In this document: positions 49,560 to 60,361 of the stretch, piece by piece | How positions within the stretch are numbered: position 1 is the first letter of the stretch | How the letters are laid out: each line of letters begins with the position of its first letter | NCBI GenBank assembly: GCA_047947115.1 | Contig: CP170459.1 | Coordinates: 800,001-864,000, forward strand | Length of the DNA: 64,000 nucleotides | Reading direction: 5' to 3' | DNA from: Verrucomicrobiota bacterium | GTDB taxonomy: Bacteria; Verrucomicrobiota; Verrucomicrobiia; Limisphaerales; AAA164-E04 | Made by a program: the position numbers and the translations under genes | The notes under the pieces: model-generated | Told to the model about the DNA's origin: nothing | Seen by the model: only the letters and a program-made list of their open reading frames with translations | The model's database searches: none

Positions 49560-50004
49560 GCGTATCCGCATGACGCAACTGGTCTCCCTTATCTCCAGCG
49601 CGCTCGCGGACCTGCGGCAGCAGGTCCCTTCCGGAGGAGGCAGCCTTTTGGCTGGTAGGGATGTGCTGCTGCACGTCCGGTGGCGTGTCCGCATGACGCA
49701 ACTGGTCTCCCTTATCTCCAGCGCGCTCGCAGACCTGCGGCAGCAGGTCCCTTCCGGAGAAGGCAGCCTTTTGGCTGGTAGGGATGTGCTGCTGCACGTC
49801 CGGTGGCGTGTCCGCATGACGCAACTGGTCTCCCATTAATCTCCAGCGCGCTCACGGACCTGCGGCAGCAGGTCCCTACCGGAGGGGGACAGCCTTTTGG
49901 CTGGTAGGGATGTGCTGCTGCACGTCCGGTGGCGTGTCCGCATGACGCAACTGGTCTCCCTTATCTCCAGCGCGCTCGCAGACCTGCGGCAGCAGGTCCC
50001 TACC
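49560..50004 (-). repeat. tandem array of ~3.6 units, divergent family A variant (123, 123, 126 bp)
   Basis: CATGACGC recurs at 49569, 49692, 49815 and 49941. The reverse complement has the same first REP and GCGAGCGCG / CGGACAC motifs but a different second REP and spacer. Confidence 0.95.
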
Positions 50005-50021
50005 CGGGGGTGAAGCTCGGT

Positions 50022-53000
50022 TTATTTCTCTTTACCTGGGATCACATGGACGGTGTGGTGCACGCGGGTGCGGATGTTTTGACCGCCGGTGGTTTTAACG
50101 TCGATGTTCAGCTCCATCATGTGCGCTGGACGCCAGTTGTCGATGTGGAGCAGGACGGATTTGCCGTCAGGTTGCAATTCGCTTCCGGTGACGGACATGG
50201 AAGTCCAGCCTGTTTTCCATTCATTGGGAGGCAGGTGGCGTTGATCCAGTTCGTATTCCTGCGAACCGTATTCCTGATTCCACAGAATGTCCGAGGCACG
50301 CAGACTGAAGCTGCCGGGGTCATTTGCGGTGGACGGATCAAGCGGTTCGGTGAAGGTGACTTTCAACCCGGATGGAGTTGCCTGCAACCCGGACGGCATG
50401 GCGACCGGTTTGCCGGTGTAACGGATGCGGTCGAGACCTCCATCACGTCCGGCATTGGATTGCCATCCCTTCAGTCCCGAGATGTAAAGCTGCCCGTCGC
50501 GTTCATTGAAGCGAAGGCGCATCACACTGGAGGTCGGTCGCAGCGGGAATTTCACCACACCGCCCTGCATTTGGTTCCCGACCTTTTCCTTGAGCACGAG
50601 GTACAGGGAACTTTGTCCATAGGAACCATGCAGCATTTCGCCCTGGAACGGTCCCCAACGATCACTGGTCACCCAACCTTGTCCACCACCTGAGTTGTCC
50701 ACACCTTTGGGCAACCATGCAAGGGGTCTGGGTTCTTCGCTTGGATCCCAGAATTCCTCGCGTCCGTTGCGACGATCCTCCACGGTGGCGGTGGTTTTCA
50801 TTTGATCACGGTGCTCGTAGGAATCGATCACCCCGAGAAAATCGTCCGGTTCCACCCAATTGATCGGGCATCGTGGCACAAAAGTTCCTTCATTGTCCCC
50901 TGTTGTGACTTGTCCGGTCGGACTGACTCCGATGCCGTTAGGCGCGCGCAATCCGCTTGCGTATCGGATCAAAGTGCTTCCGTCCTTGCTCACCTTGAGA
51001 ACCGATCCATGATGGGCGCTCATGCGCTCGAAACTGCGTCCGCCCCCTCGCACGGGCGAGCCAAAAGCGAAAAGGAAATTACCTTCAGGATCGGTGTGCA
51101 GATCGAACAGGAAGGCGTGGAATCCAGAGGTCAGTTCCCAGTCGTTGTTGAAGTTTTCGTAGTAGTCCGCTTCGCCGTCCTTGTTGAAATCATGATAACG
51201 CGTGATCTGATCGTCACTGACGGTGTAGATGACATCGTCCACTATTTTCAAACCGAGCGGTTCATGGATACCGGATGCAAACCGTTTCCATTCGAGCTGG
51301 TCGAGGTCGTCGTCGATGCCGCGGACAATCCAGACATCCCCGTCCCAAGTGCAAAGCGCGGCGGAAGTTCCTCCTGAGAAGAAATCGAAACCACCTACAC
51401 GAATATCGACTCCATAAGGGTTCTCGTAAGGCAAGGTCAAGCGATCGAGCACATAGGGTTCCTCGCCGGATTCATCGGCCAATTCACCCTGGGTTGTGAC
51501 GATTTCCGGCCAACGCACCGAGCCACCATTGATCAGGTTCCAAAGGGTAATGGATTCGCTGTGCACATTTTCGGGAAGATGCTGATCGCCTCGCCAGATG
51601 AGCACTTCAACTTGATAATCGCGCGCAGCGGCAGAGAGCTTCAAACGAGCCTGTCCACCCTCGATCACCAATCGTGCTCCGTCCGGTTTGGCTGCAACTC
51701 TCAAGTGAGCATTCCCGACCTTGAGTGTGGTATCGGACAATCGCTCGCCACCTTCGGGTGCATCCGCCAGCACAAGGGTTAATGGTTTACTGTGGGCTTC
51801 CAGCTCCAGACGACGGGAGATGGCTTTGGTTTCGCCGGCTTGAACGAGGGACGGGTGCTCGAGTACTTTGGTGCTTCCGACGGTATAGTGGAACACCACG
51901 TTGTCTCCGTGCCGATACAAGCCCTTGTAATGCGTCCAATCCTTCGGCAAATGACCCAGAGCCGGGTAACTGCTGTTGCGTGGATCTTCGAAACCTCCGT
52001 TGGCATCGGCCCAACCGGGAGTTGCGCCGGTGGCGATGAGAGGTTCCACACGCAGGTTCGGAAACGCTCCATGTCCTCCGGTAAAAGGCAGCCCTTCAAA
52101 GCGCAACCCGCCCTCCAGCCAGGCGGCTGCCATGCGCATGGTGTCGGTGTCAAAGACAACCGCTGCCTTGCCTTCTGGATCAAGACGTACCACATGACTG
52201 CGAAAGGTAACATTTTCTCCACGATCATCCATTCCCACACGGACAGCGGTTCCGATCAAGGAACCATATTTGGAGGGTATGGGTTCATCGTTGCGCGCCA
52301 CATTGCCCCCCTGGGCGGGGCGCCCTTCGCTGAAGGATTCCCATGCTTCTCGATCCCATTGGACAGAGGCAAATGCCTTGACCGAGTGCAGCAGTTGGTC
52401 GGCGGGGATCACCTGCTTGGTTTGGCCCGGAGGTGTCCATGAAAGAACGCAACCCTGACCGCCGCCCATTTCGTGGAAGATCAGATTGATGTCATGCCGG
52501 CCGGCTTCCAGTTCGATTTCCTCCGTTTCTTCGGAGAAGCTGTGCGCTCCCATGAAGCTCATGACCGTATCGTCACCGATCATCAGTCTCGCCCCGTCGT
52601 CAGAAGCCAAATGAATCTTGTAGGTGCCGCTTTCGGGTACGACAAGATTACCGGTCCATCGCACAAGGAAAGAATCCCTCAATTTGGAACCGTAAAAGTC
52701 GTCGTTGGAATTGGGAAAATTGATTCTGGAATCCACTCGCACAAAAAATGGGCGTGAGCGATTCATGCGACGGAGAAACCGGTTCCAATCTCCATTCACA
52801 CGATAATATTCACCAACCAAACCGGGCGCCATTCCAGGAGGCTGTTTGACGGCCAGGTCCTGCAGGTAGTCGAACAACGCTTCAAATTGTTTGTCCGCAT
52901 CTCCGTCAAAATGTTGCGCGAGCGGGGAAACATTGTTTTCGGTAAAGCGGGGCATGATGGAAGTCGGTATGATGCGCTGCGGATTGCGCATCCATTGTTG

Positions 53001-54851
53001 GTAAAATTCCGATCGCAGACGTCCGGGGGCCAGCTTCAGATTGGGTCCGGCCCCTTCAAACACAGCCACGGCGGGCTGGGAACCGATGGCATGACAGGCG
53101 TTGCAGCTGAATCCTTCGATCCCCGCCAGTTTTTCACCGATCGCAATGTGGTCCACACTCCCGGGCTCCCGGGTTTCGATCTTATCAGAAAGCCCGGCGG
53201 CATGAGCAAAACCGGTTGCCAGGTTCTCAGCGCGTGAACGCCAGGCAGGCATGCGGGCTTTGAGCCAGGGGCGGGTTTTTTCCGGCGTTTCACCTTTCAG
53301 CAGAGAGGCCGTCCAGTCGGCTTGCAATTTGAATCCAAGATGATCCAATGACGGGATTTTCTGAGGGGGTTGAGAAAGGGCTTCGTCTTCGTTTGCGGAG
53401 ACCGTTTCCGTACGCACCAGGTGGGCGACGTCTTCGCTGTATTGATCGCGCCAGGCGGCAACGGAATCTCTTTCGTGACAGGCGGCACATCGCAGGCGTT
53501 CAAATTGGCGTGCCGCAAATTCCTGAGGAATCGAATGTCCCAACGACGCCACAAGGCGTTTGGCCGTTTCGGGTTCGGCAGCTTGATTCAAAGCGTTCAA
53601 GTCCTGGTGAAACAACGGCGCATTCGACCGGGCATTACCGGAGTCCAGACAACCCTCCTTGGACCCCAGAACAGCGGCAAGGGAAGGTGCTGCGAATGTG
53701 TTTTGAACTCCGTCCAGCTCATGACAATTCAGACAGCCGGAGGAGGCCACCAATTGTTTTCCCATTGTCGGATCACCAAAAGTGAGTTCGGTGGCGGCTC
53801 CGGTGTCCTTGCCCAATGAGCGGATGAAAGCGGCCAGGTTTTCTGCTTCACCGCGGGACAGTTCAAATGTGGGCATGCGGGTGTCGGCATAATGCTGGGC
53901 GGGTTGTTGGAGAAATCCACCCAACACTCCCAAACCATACTTGCGTCCGGCTCCGGCGAGGGAAATGCGATCAGCGGTGTCTTCCTCCATGGTATGGCAG
54001 GCATAGCACCCAAGTTCCTGGAACAAATGGCCACCTTCCTCGGCAATCCCCTGCCCCAGACGGTCCGTGCGACCTGTTTGAGTCGCCAGGAAGGCTGCAA
54101 TATGGGCCGATTTTTGCGAGGCATCGTCTCCACGGAAAACGCGCGGCATGTGAGCGCTCTTCCGAATCGATTGGGGATCCCGAATCCAGTCCGCCATCCA
54201 CGCCGCATTCAATCGACTCCCGATACCATTGAAAGAAGGTCCTTTTTCCAATGCTTCCGGCATGTTGATTTCCAACCCGGGCTGGTGACAAGCGGCGCAT
54301 TTTTGATTGGCCAGTTCGGTTCGTGCGGTTCTCAAAACCGAATCCAAGCCGGTTTCAGGAGATTTCAACACACTTGCAGGGACCGGTTCGAATGCGAAGC
54401 CATCGCTTTTCCAGAACAATCGCAGTTGGGCATCGCCTGCAGCCGGGCTGGTGTATTCGATGCGCAGAGCATGTTCACCTTGTGAAAGCGTCAGGGTCCG
54501 GGACGGAGTGCCCCAGTCGGAAGCGACATTTGCTCCGTCCACAAACAATGTGGCCTGCCCACGACCTCTCATTTCGAACGTGATCGGTTGCCGGGCATTC
54601 AAAGCCAGCTGTGTGGTTATCTTTGCTTTGAACAGTCCTTGATCAAGAAAAGGTGTCGGAGCGTTGCCTGCCGGGACATAGATGGCCGGGTGCCGATCCA
54701 CGCGCCTGTCCATGTGTTCTCCCTGTTGAAACTCGACATGCACATTGGCGGACAAAGCCATAACATGGCACACGGACATGACTCCTATGAACCGTTGAAG
54801 GAAACGTTTCAAGTTGGAGCTGGGATTCGAATGAGTCTTCAATTCTTTCAT
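50022..54851 (-). CDS. large exported multi-heme c-type cytochrome with PA14 domains and C-terminal DUF6797/beta-propeller region
   Basis: Five CxxCH motifs (CAACH, CYACH, CLNCH, CAACH, CNACH); PA14 motif ASDDGARL; FDTDTMR; SGLRAPNG. Confidence 0.8.
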   Translation of the reverse strand: MKELKTHSNPSSNLKRFLQRFIGVMSVCHVMALSANVHVEFQQGEHMDRRVDRHPAIYVPAGNAPTPFLDQGLFKAKITTQLALNARQPITFEMRGRGQATLFVDGANVASDWGTPSRTLTLSQGEHALRIEYTSPAAGDAQLRLFWKSDGFAFEPVPASVLKSPETGLDSVLRTARTELANQKCAACHQPGLEINMPEALEKGPSFNGIGSRLNAAWMADWIRDPQSIRKSAHMPRVFRGDDASQKSAHIAAFLATQTGRTDRLGQGIAEEGGHLFQELGCYACHTMEEDTADRISLAGAGRKYGLGVLGGFLQQPAQHYADTRMPTFELSRGEAENLAAFIRSLGKDTGAATELTFGDPTMGKQLVASSGCLNCHELDGVQNTFAAPSLAAVLGSKEGCLDSGNARSNAPLFHQDLNALNQAAEPETAKRLVASLGHSIPQEFAARQFERLRCAACHERDSVAAWRDQYSEDVAHLVRTETVSANEDEALSQPPQKIPSLDHLGFKLQADWTASLLKGETPEKTRPWLKARMPAWRSRAENLATGFAHAAGLSDKIETREPGSVDHIAIGEKLAGIEGFSCNACHAIGSQPAVAVFEGAGPNLKLAPGRLRSEFYQQWMRNPQRIIPTSIMPRFTENNVSPLAQHFDGDADKQFEALFDYLQDLAVKQPPGMAPGLVGEYYRVNGDWNRFLRRMNRSRPFFVRVDSRINFPNSNDDFYGSKLRDSFLVRWTGNLVVPESGTYKIHLASDDGARLMIGDDTVMSFMGAHSFSEETEEIELEAGRHDINLIFHEMGGGQGCVLSWTPPGQTKQVIPADQLLHSVKAFASVQWDREAWESFSEGRPAQGGNVARNDEPIPSKYGSLIGTAVRVGMDDRGENVTFRSHVVRLDPEGKAAVVFDTDTMRMAAAWLEGGLRFEGLPFTGGHGAFPNLRVEPLIATGATPGWADANGGFEDPRNSSYPALGHLPKDWTHYKGLYRHGDNVVFHYTVGSTKVLEHPSLVQAGETKAISRRLELEAHSKPLTLVLADAPEGGERLSDTTLKVGNAHLRVAAKPDGARLVIEGGQARLKLSAAARDYQVEVLIWRGDQHLPENVHSESITLWNLINGGSVRWPEIVTTQGELADESGEEPYVLDRLTLPYENPYGVDIRVGGFDFFSGGTSAALCTWDGDVWIVRGIDDDLDQLEWKRFASGIHEPLGLKIVDDVIYTVSDDQITRYHDFNKDGEADYYENFNNDWELTSGFHAFLFDLHTDPEGNFLFAFGSPVRGGGRSFERMSAHHGSVLKVSKDGSTLIRYASGLRAPNGIGVSPTGQVTTGDNEGTFVPRCPINWVEPDDFLGVIDSYEHRDQMKTTATVEDRRNGREEFWDPSEEPRPLAWLPKGVDNSGGGQGWVTSDRWGPFQGEMLHGSYGQSSLYLVLKEKVGNQMQGGVVKFPLRPTSSVMRLRFNERDGQLYISGLKGWQSNAGRDGGLDRIRYTGKPVAMPSGLQATPSGLKVTFTEPLDPSTANDPGSFSLRASDILWNQEYGSQEYELDQRHLPPNEWKTGWTSMSVTGSELQPDGKSVLLHIDNWRPAHMMELNIDVKTTGGQNIRTRVHHTVHVIPGKEK

Positions 54852-54964
54852 GAGTCTTGGGGGCCGTTCGAGCCGGGAAGTTAGTATTGGGATGAAATGA
54901 TTTTGGTCAAGCGGGCATTTTCAAATCTGGACGTGCAGCACGCCTGCGTGCAGAATGCTGCCCT

Positions 54965-55873
54965 ATGCGATCCCATTGCCAAGATAGGAAGCAATCATCT
55001 GCCATTTCGAGGAGAAAGTTTATCAAGATGAGCGGCGTCACATCCCTTGCATTCGCCACCCACATTCAAGGTGACGAACATTCGACCAAGCCTATACGCA
55101 TTGGGCTGATTACAGATATTCACTATGCGGATCTGGACACCGCGGGATCACGGCACTACCGGGATTCCGTCACCAAGGTGCGGGAAGCGGTGAGGATTTT
55201 CAATGAGGCCGAACCTGACATCGTCATTTGTCTCGGTGATCTGATCGATGCCGGAGCGACGGTGGAAAAGGAGTACGCTCACCTGGAAGCCATGGCACGT
55301 GAGTTCAAAGAACTGAACGCACCCACCCGCTTTGTTTTGGGTAATCATTGTGTGTATACCTTGACCAAGCAGGAATTTTTAAAAGGTGTCGGGCAGGATC
55401 GCAGTTACGATGCGCTGACCCATATTGGAATCCGGCTTGTATTCCTGGACGCTTGTTTCACGAAGGCGGGGGAGGATTACGGACGAAAAAATTATAACTG
55501 GACGGACACCGAAATTCCGGAAAAGGAACGTGATTGGTTGAAGTCCGTCTTGTCGGAGGGTCAACGCCCCACCCTGGTCTTTGTGCATCAGCGTTTGGAT
55601 GTGGAAGGCTCATACGGTGTGCATAGTGCAAAGGAAGTCCGCGGGATTCTTGAAGATTCGAAGCAAGTTGTTGCGGTTTTCCAGGGTCACAACCACGTCA
55701 ACGACCACAAAACCATCAACGGCATTCATTACCTGACCATGAACGCAGTCATCGAGGGACCGGCTCCGGCAAACAACTCTTTTGCCGTGCTGGATTATTC
55801 TCCGGCAGACCAACGTATCCGCATCGAAGGACACCACCACCAAAAGAACTACACTCTTTCCCCGGAAGCATAA
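54965..55873 (+). CDS. calcineurin-like metallophosphoesterase with Tat signal
   Basis: SRRKFI; DIH, GDLID, GNH, VH, GHNH metal ligands. Confidence 0.9.
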   Translation: MRSHCQDRKQSSAISRRKFIKMSGVTSLAFATHIQGDEHSTKPIRIGLITDIHYADLDTAGSRHYRDSVTKVREAVRIFNEAEPDIVICLGDLIDAGATVEKEYAHLEAMAREFKELNAPTRFVLGNHCVYTLTKQEFLKGVGQDRSYDALTHIGIRLVFLDACFTKAGEDYGRKNYNWTDTEIPEKERDWLKSVLSEGQRPTLVFVHQRLDVEGSYGVHSAKEVRGILEDSKQVVAVFQGHNHVNDHKTINGIHYLTMNAVIEGPAPANNSFAVLDYSPADQRIRIEGHHHQKNYTLSPEA

Positions 55874-55882
55874 GGTACTATT

Positions 55883-57484
55883 TTGAAGATACGCTTTTTT
55901 CCAAAAAACATGCCGGACGCGCTTTGGAAGCGCATCCTGATCCGAACCGTTCTGATAGGATTTTACAGCTTCATTTTGCTGGTTCTGTTGATTGCAGGCA
56001 TCATCGGGGCGTTTCAGATTCCGGCGGTCTCTGGATTGTTTTTCAAAACAATGTTGAAGATGGGGTGGGAAGATTTCCCACCCCAGAAACCGCCCGTAGC
56101 GGAGGCAGCGACACCGCCTGCGTTTACCTCAAGCATCACGCCTCAACCTGAAACGGCCAGTGAGCTGTTCCAATGGGACCAGGTCTGGCAAGCGCACATT
56201 CGATTTAACAGCAATCAGTGGCATCAATTATCTCCACTGAAAATCCCCCCTTCACCCGGAGCATTTTCCCCCAAGATGACTTTACGGAACCCAAAAGCAA
56301 GTCGGGCCGGGTTGTTGGGCGTGATGGGATGGGATCTCCCCTGGTCCAAAGCGGAATCGCTTCATTTCAACGGACAAATCTTCACCAACATCGCTGCACG
56401 CTACAAGGGGAACGGCACCTTCCTGGAGTCCAAACAGAACTACAAGCGGTCGTTCAAACTGGACCTGAATGAATTTGTCAAAGGTCAGAAACTGGCCAAA
56501 CAGGAAACTGTTAATTTTCACAACCTCCTGGCCGACCGCAGTCGCATGAATGATGCATTGGGGTATCGGTATTTCAGGATGGCCGGGGTGCCGAGTCCGC
56601 GCACCACATTTGTGGATATGACATTGGAGATCGATGAGATGTTACCCCCTTCAATGCTGGGACTTTACCTGATGGTGGAGAAACCCGACAACAAGTGGCT
56701 GAAAGACTTCTTTGGTAAGGAAGGCGGAGCGGTTTTCAAACCCGTCACATTGACACTATTTAAATACCTGAGTGATAACTGGGCAGATTATGCGCCGGTC
56801 TATGGTCCAAAGTCCGATTTAACGGATGCACAAAAACAGCATTTAATCTCGACCGCAAAATGGTTTTCAAATGTTTCACCTGAAACCATATCCAATGAAA
56901 TGGGACAGTATTTTGACATCGATCTGACCGCTCGCTTTTTTGCTGGTCAGGTGATTTTGTCCAATTGTGACGGCATCCTGTTCAATGGCCAGAACTTCCT
57001 AATGGTCATGGCCCCAGAAACAAATCTCATTTCATTTGCACCTTGGGACCTGGATCATTCCTGGGGCGAGTTTCCGTTCACAGGCTCCTATTCAGATCGA
57101 ATCCATGCGAGCATCCATCAACCTTGGATCGGTGAGAACTTCTTTGTAGAGAAACTCTTTCAGGCGGAGATTTTCAAGGAAGCCTATCTTGCAGCTATGC
57201 GTGACCAACTCTCCAATACCTTTGATGAAGCAACACTTACGCATGAAGTGGATCATTTGGCAGCCATTCTCTCGCCTATTGTAAAAAAAGAATCCGAACA
57301 CCGATTTGAACAGTTTCAAAAATCTTCATTGGACACGGATCAACCAGGCGTCGCCAGCTCCAACCCTATGGATCCCAACCGCCCCGTTCACCAACTGAAA
57401 CGCTTTGTTCGCGAAAGAAAGCAATCCATCGAATCGCAACTTTCTGGAGAGGAAGAAGGTATCCATATCTCGGTCGAATTTTAA
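55883..57484 (+). CDS. CotH kinase family protein
   Basis: RYKGNGT, KRSFKLDL, AGVPSPR, GLYLMVE, PWDLD. Start is TTG 55883 or ATG 55910. Confidence 0.88.
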   Translation: MKIRFFPKNMPDALWKRILIRTVLIGFYSFILLVLLIAGIIGAFQIPAVSGLFFKTMLKMGWEDFPPQKPPVAEAATPPAFTSSITPQPETASELFQWDQVWQAHIRFNSNQWHQLSPLKIPPSPGAFSPKMTLRNPKASRAGLLGVMGWDLPWSKAESLHFNGQIFTNIAARYKGNGTFLESKQNYKRSFKLDLNEFVKGQKLAKQETVNFHNLLADRSRMNDALGYRYFRMAGVPSPRTTFVDMTLEIDEMLPPSMLGLYLMVEKPDNKWLKDFFGKEGGAVFKPVTLTLFKYLSDNWADYAPVYGPKSDLTDAQKQHLISTAKWFSNVSPETISNEMGQYFDIDLTARFFAGQVILSNCDGILFNGQNFLMVMAPETNLISFAPWDLDHSWGEFPFTGSYSDRIHASIHQPWIGENFFVEKLFQAEIFKEAYLAAMRDQLSNTFDEATLTHEVDHLAAILSPIVKKESEHRFEQFQKSSLDTDQPGVASSNPMDPNRPVHQLKRFVRERKQSIESQLSGEEEGIHISVEF

Positions 57485-57675
57485 TGGAAACCCCGATTGA
57501 CGCATTGTACTATAGGCTCCCAAAAACGCACCATCCACCTCTTCAAGAATGTCGGATTTTCGCATTTTTGGTTTGCTAGCACCCTCATTTTGACTTAGTA
57601 TTTTCGTCTCTCGAACCTAAGAGCCTGAGTAGGAATTCGTATCGGGGGCGGTAGCAACCATTCTGGAAGAAGCAG

Positions 57676-59226
57676 ATGATTCAGACGAACGACAGGGCGA
57701 TCCATTCCGGCACCATATTGTGCCCGGACGAGGCGAATTATCTGCTCGATGCGACTCAGGATGCCATTCTTGTCATATCTACCGACCGACGAATAATTTA
57801 CGCAAACAAAGGTATCGCCAACATGGTCGGAATGCGACCCTCGGAATTAATTGGGGCTGATCTGATCGAATTATTGTTTGATCATCCCGAATCGACAGCA
57901 GATGTGTTGACTGCTCTCGATTCCTGCCAAAAGTGTGGCCGATGGGCAGGCATGCTCCAGCTTTCTCAGGATGATGAAGTCACCATCCAGTTCCAGACCC
58001 GATGGAACCTTTTGTCTTCCTTTCGAGATCATTATCCAGCCATCCTGATGGTGGCAACGGACACGACCGAACAACGCAATCTGGAAAGCAAGCTGCGTCG
58101 CACACAAAGACTGGAAAGCTTGGGAACCATGGCTACCGGTATTGCGCATGACCTGAACAACATCCTGACTCCTATTGTCATTTGCTCAGGCATGCTTCGC
58201 ACGGCCACGGAAAATCCTCAATGCGATCAGTATCTGGACGCAATTGAGAAAAACGCAAAGCGCGGCGCGGACGTGATCAAGCAGATCCTTACCTTCGCGC
58301 GTGGCGGCAACGGGAAGAAATCGCATTTCAGCATCGGGATCATTCTGAAAGAAATCACCCGAATGGTCTCCGAAACGTTTCCGAAATCCATCGAATGCGA
58401 CGCACACTTTTCCCTCAATGCATGGCCAGTGTTTGGAAACGCCACACAATTGCATCAGGTGTTCATGAACCTTCTCATCAACGCACGCGATGCCATGCTT
58501 CCCGATGGAGGTCGGATCAAAATTTCGCTCCAGAACAGACACCTTACCCAAAAGGACGTTTCCCTGATGTCCGATGGCTGCCCGGGCGCGTATCTGGTCG
58601 TGGATGTGGAGGATTCGGGAGTAGGCATTAGAAACACTGATTTGGAACGCATCTTTGATCCCTTCTTCACCACAAAGCCCGCCGAACACGGAACGGGATT
58701 GGGATTGGCAACAGTCCGGGGTATCATCCAGGAGCATGGAGGGTTTATTTTGGTCAAATCCAGCTTCGGACATGGCACGCTTTTCAAAGTCTTTTTACCG
58801 GCAAATCCGAATGCCATCATTGAAAACCCTTACCCGAAAACTTACAACAAAGTGAGAAGCGGGAACGGCGAGACCATTCTGGTGGTGGACGATGAGCCAT
58901 CCATTGGGGCTTTGGTGAGCAAGGCATTGGAAGAAAACGGATACAGCCCCATACAGGCAAAAGACGGAGTGGAAGCCATTGAAACATATCTGCAGCACAA
59001 GGCATCAATGGTCATCACTGATTTGGACATGCCGCAGTTGAACGGCGTCAGCCTCCTGAGGACTTTGAAAAAGCTGGAGCCCGGGCTTCGTTCGATCTGC
59101 ATTTCGGGAAACGTCACCGATGAGGTTTCCGAACAATTGGAGAAATTGGGAGTCCGAACCATTCTGAGCAAACCCTTTCAAATAACCACCCTCTTGGATC
59201 ACGTCCACGAGGTACTCCAGAAGTAG
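57676..59226 (+). CDS. hybrid sensor histidine kinase (PAS-HisKA-HATPase-REC)
   Basis: GIAHDLNN H-box, NLLINARDAM, FDPFFTTK, GTGLGL; receiver VVDDE...TDLDMP...KPF. Confidence 0.93.
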   Translation: MIQTNDRAIHSGTILCPDEANYLLDATQDAILVISTDRRIIYANKGIANMVGMRPSELIGADLIELLFDHPESTADVLTALDSCQKCGRWAGMLQLSQDDEVTIQFQTRWNLLSSFRDHYPAILMVATDTTEQRNLESKLRRTQRLESLGTMATGIAHDLNNILTPIVICSGMLRTATENPQCDQYLDAIEKNAKRGADVIKQILTFARGGNGKKSHFSIGIILKEITRMVSETFPKSIECDAHFSLNAWPVFGNATQLHQVFMNLLINARDAMLPDGGRIKISLQNRHLTQKDVSLMSDGCPGAYLVVDVEDSGVGIRNTDLERIFDPFFTTKPAEHGTGLGLATVRGIIQEHGGFILVKSSFGHGTLFKVFLPANPNAIIENPYPKTYNKVRSGNGETILVVDDEPSIGALVSKALEENGYSPIQAKDGVEAIETYLQHKASMVITDLDMPQLNGVSLLRTLKKLEPGLRSICISGNVTDEVSEQLEKLGVRTILSKPFQITTLLDHVHEVLQK

Positions 59227-59336
59227 CATCCCGTTTTTTTGGCAACAACTTTTTCGAATCGGCCGCTCAAGGATCATATTCGAACCTGTACATCACAAAA
59301 CTTTGACAAACTCATCCATTTGTCGACAATTCGAGT

Positions 59337-60218
59337 ATGATGATCAACTGGATGCGAAACGTGTTCATTGCCGGCCTGTTGGGCGTGACCCTGTCCCATG
59401 TTGCTTCGGCGGAGGAACAGGACCATCTGCCGATGGAAGCCAGGTATCAGGAAGGGGTTCCCAAGGGCAGCGTCACCGAGTATGTCTGGGACACCAGCGA
59501 AACCTTTCCCGGAACTTGGCGACAGTATTGGGTCTACGTGCCGGCACAATATGATCCGGACCGTGAAACGGCGGTCATGGTGTTTCAGGATGGGGAGCGT
59601 TTTTTGGATCCGCAAGGCAACTTCCATGTCCCCGCCGTTTTCGACAATCTGATTCATGTTGGTGAAATGCCGGTCACGATCGGCATCTTTATCAATCCAG
59701 GCAACCGGGGGATGCCCGAGCCGAATCAACGGCGTTACAACAATCGAAGCATCGAGTATGACACCCCGGACGCCACTTATGCGAAGTTTCTGCTGGAGGA
59801 AATCCTGCCGGAAGTCGGACGACATTATCGTTTAAGCAATGATCCGGAGTTGCGTGCCATCTGCGGAAACAGTTCGGGAGGTATTTGTGCATTTACCGTG
59901 GCTTGGGAACGTCCGGATGCGTTCCGCAAAGTGGTCAGTCACATCGGCAGCTTTGTCAACATCCGCGGAGGCCACAGCTACCCCGCCATGATTCGGAAGA
60001 CCGAACGAAAACCCCTGCGGGTCTTTTTGCAGGATGGCATGAACGACCTGGACAACGCACACGGAAACTGGCCACTTGCGAACAAACAGATGGAAAAAGC
60101 GTTGCGCTTCATGGAATATGATTATCGCATGGTTTGGGGAACAGGCGCCCACAGCTCAAAACATGGAGGTCAGATATTCCCGCAGACCATGCGCTGGTTG
60201 TGGCGGGATTTCCATTGA
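59337..60218 (+). CDS. exported esterase (enterochelin esterase-like alpha/beta hydrolase)
   Basis: Signal peptide; YVPAQY, VFQDG, GNSSG nucleophile motif. Confidence 0.88.
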   Translation: MMINWMRNVFIAGLLGVTLSHVASAEEQDHLPMEARYQEGVPKGSVTEYVWDTSETFPGTWRQYWVYVPAQYDPDRETAVMVFQDGERFLDPQGNFHVPAVFDNLIHVGEMPVTIGIFINPGNRGMPEPNQRRYNNRSIEYDTPDATYAKFLLEEILPEVGRHYRLSNDPELRAICGNSSGGICAFTVAWERPDAFRKVVSHIGSFVNIRGGHSYPAMIRKTERKPLRVFLQDGMNDLDNAHGNWPLANKQMEKALRFMEYDYRMVWGTGAHSSKHGGQIFPQTMRWLWRDFH

Positions 60219-60361
60219 TGAACCAAATACAATCTCAAGAGGCAAAAAGCGGACAATCCCGATCAAAAGGAATCCAGCAAGACGGACTCCGATCCGTCAC
60301 GAAAGTTATAACTTGATCGAGCGCAACCTTTACACGAAAAATCTGTTAGAAACTATCAAAT

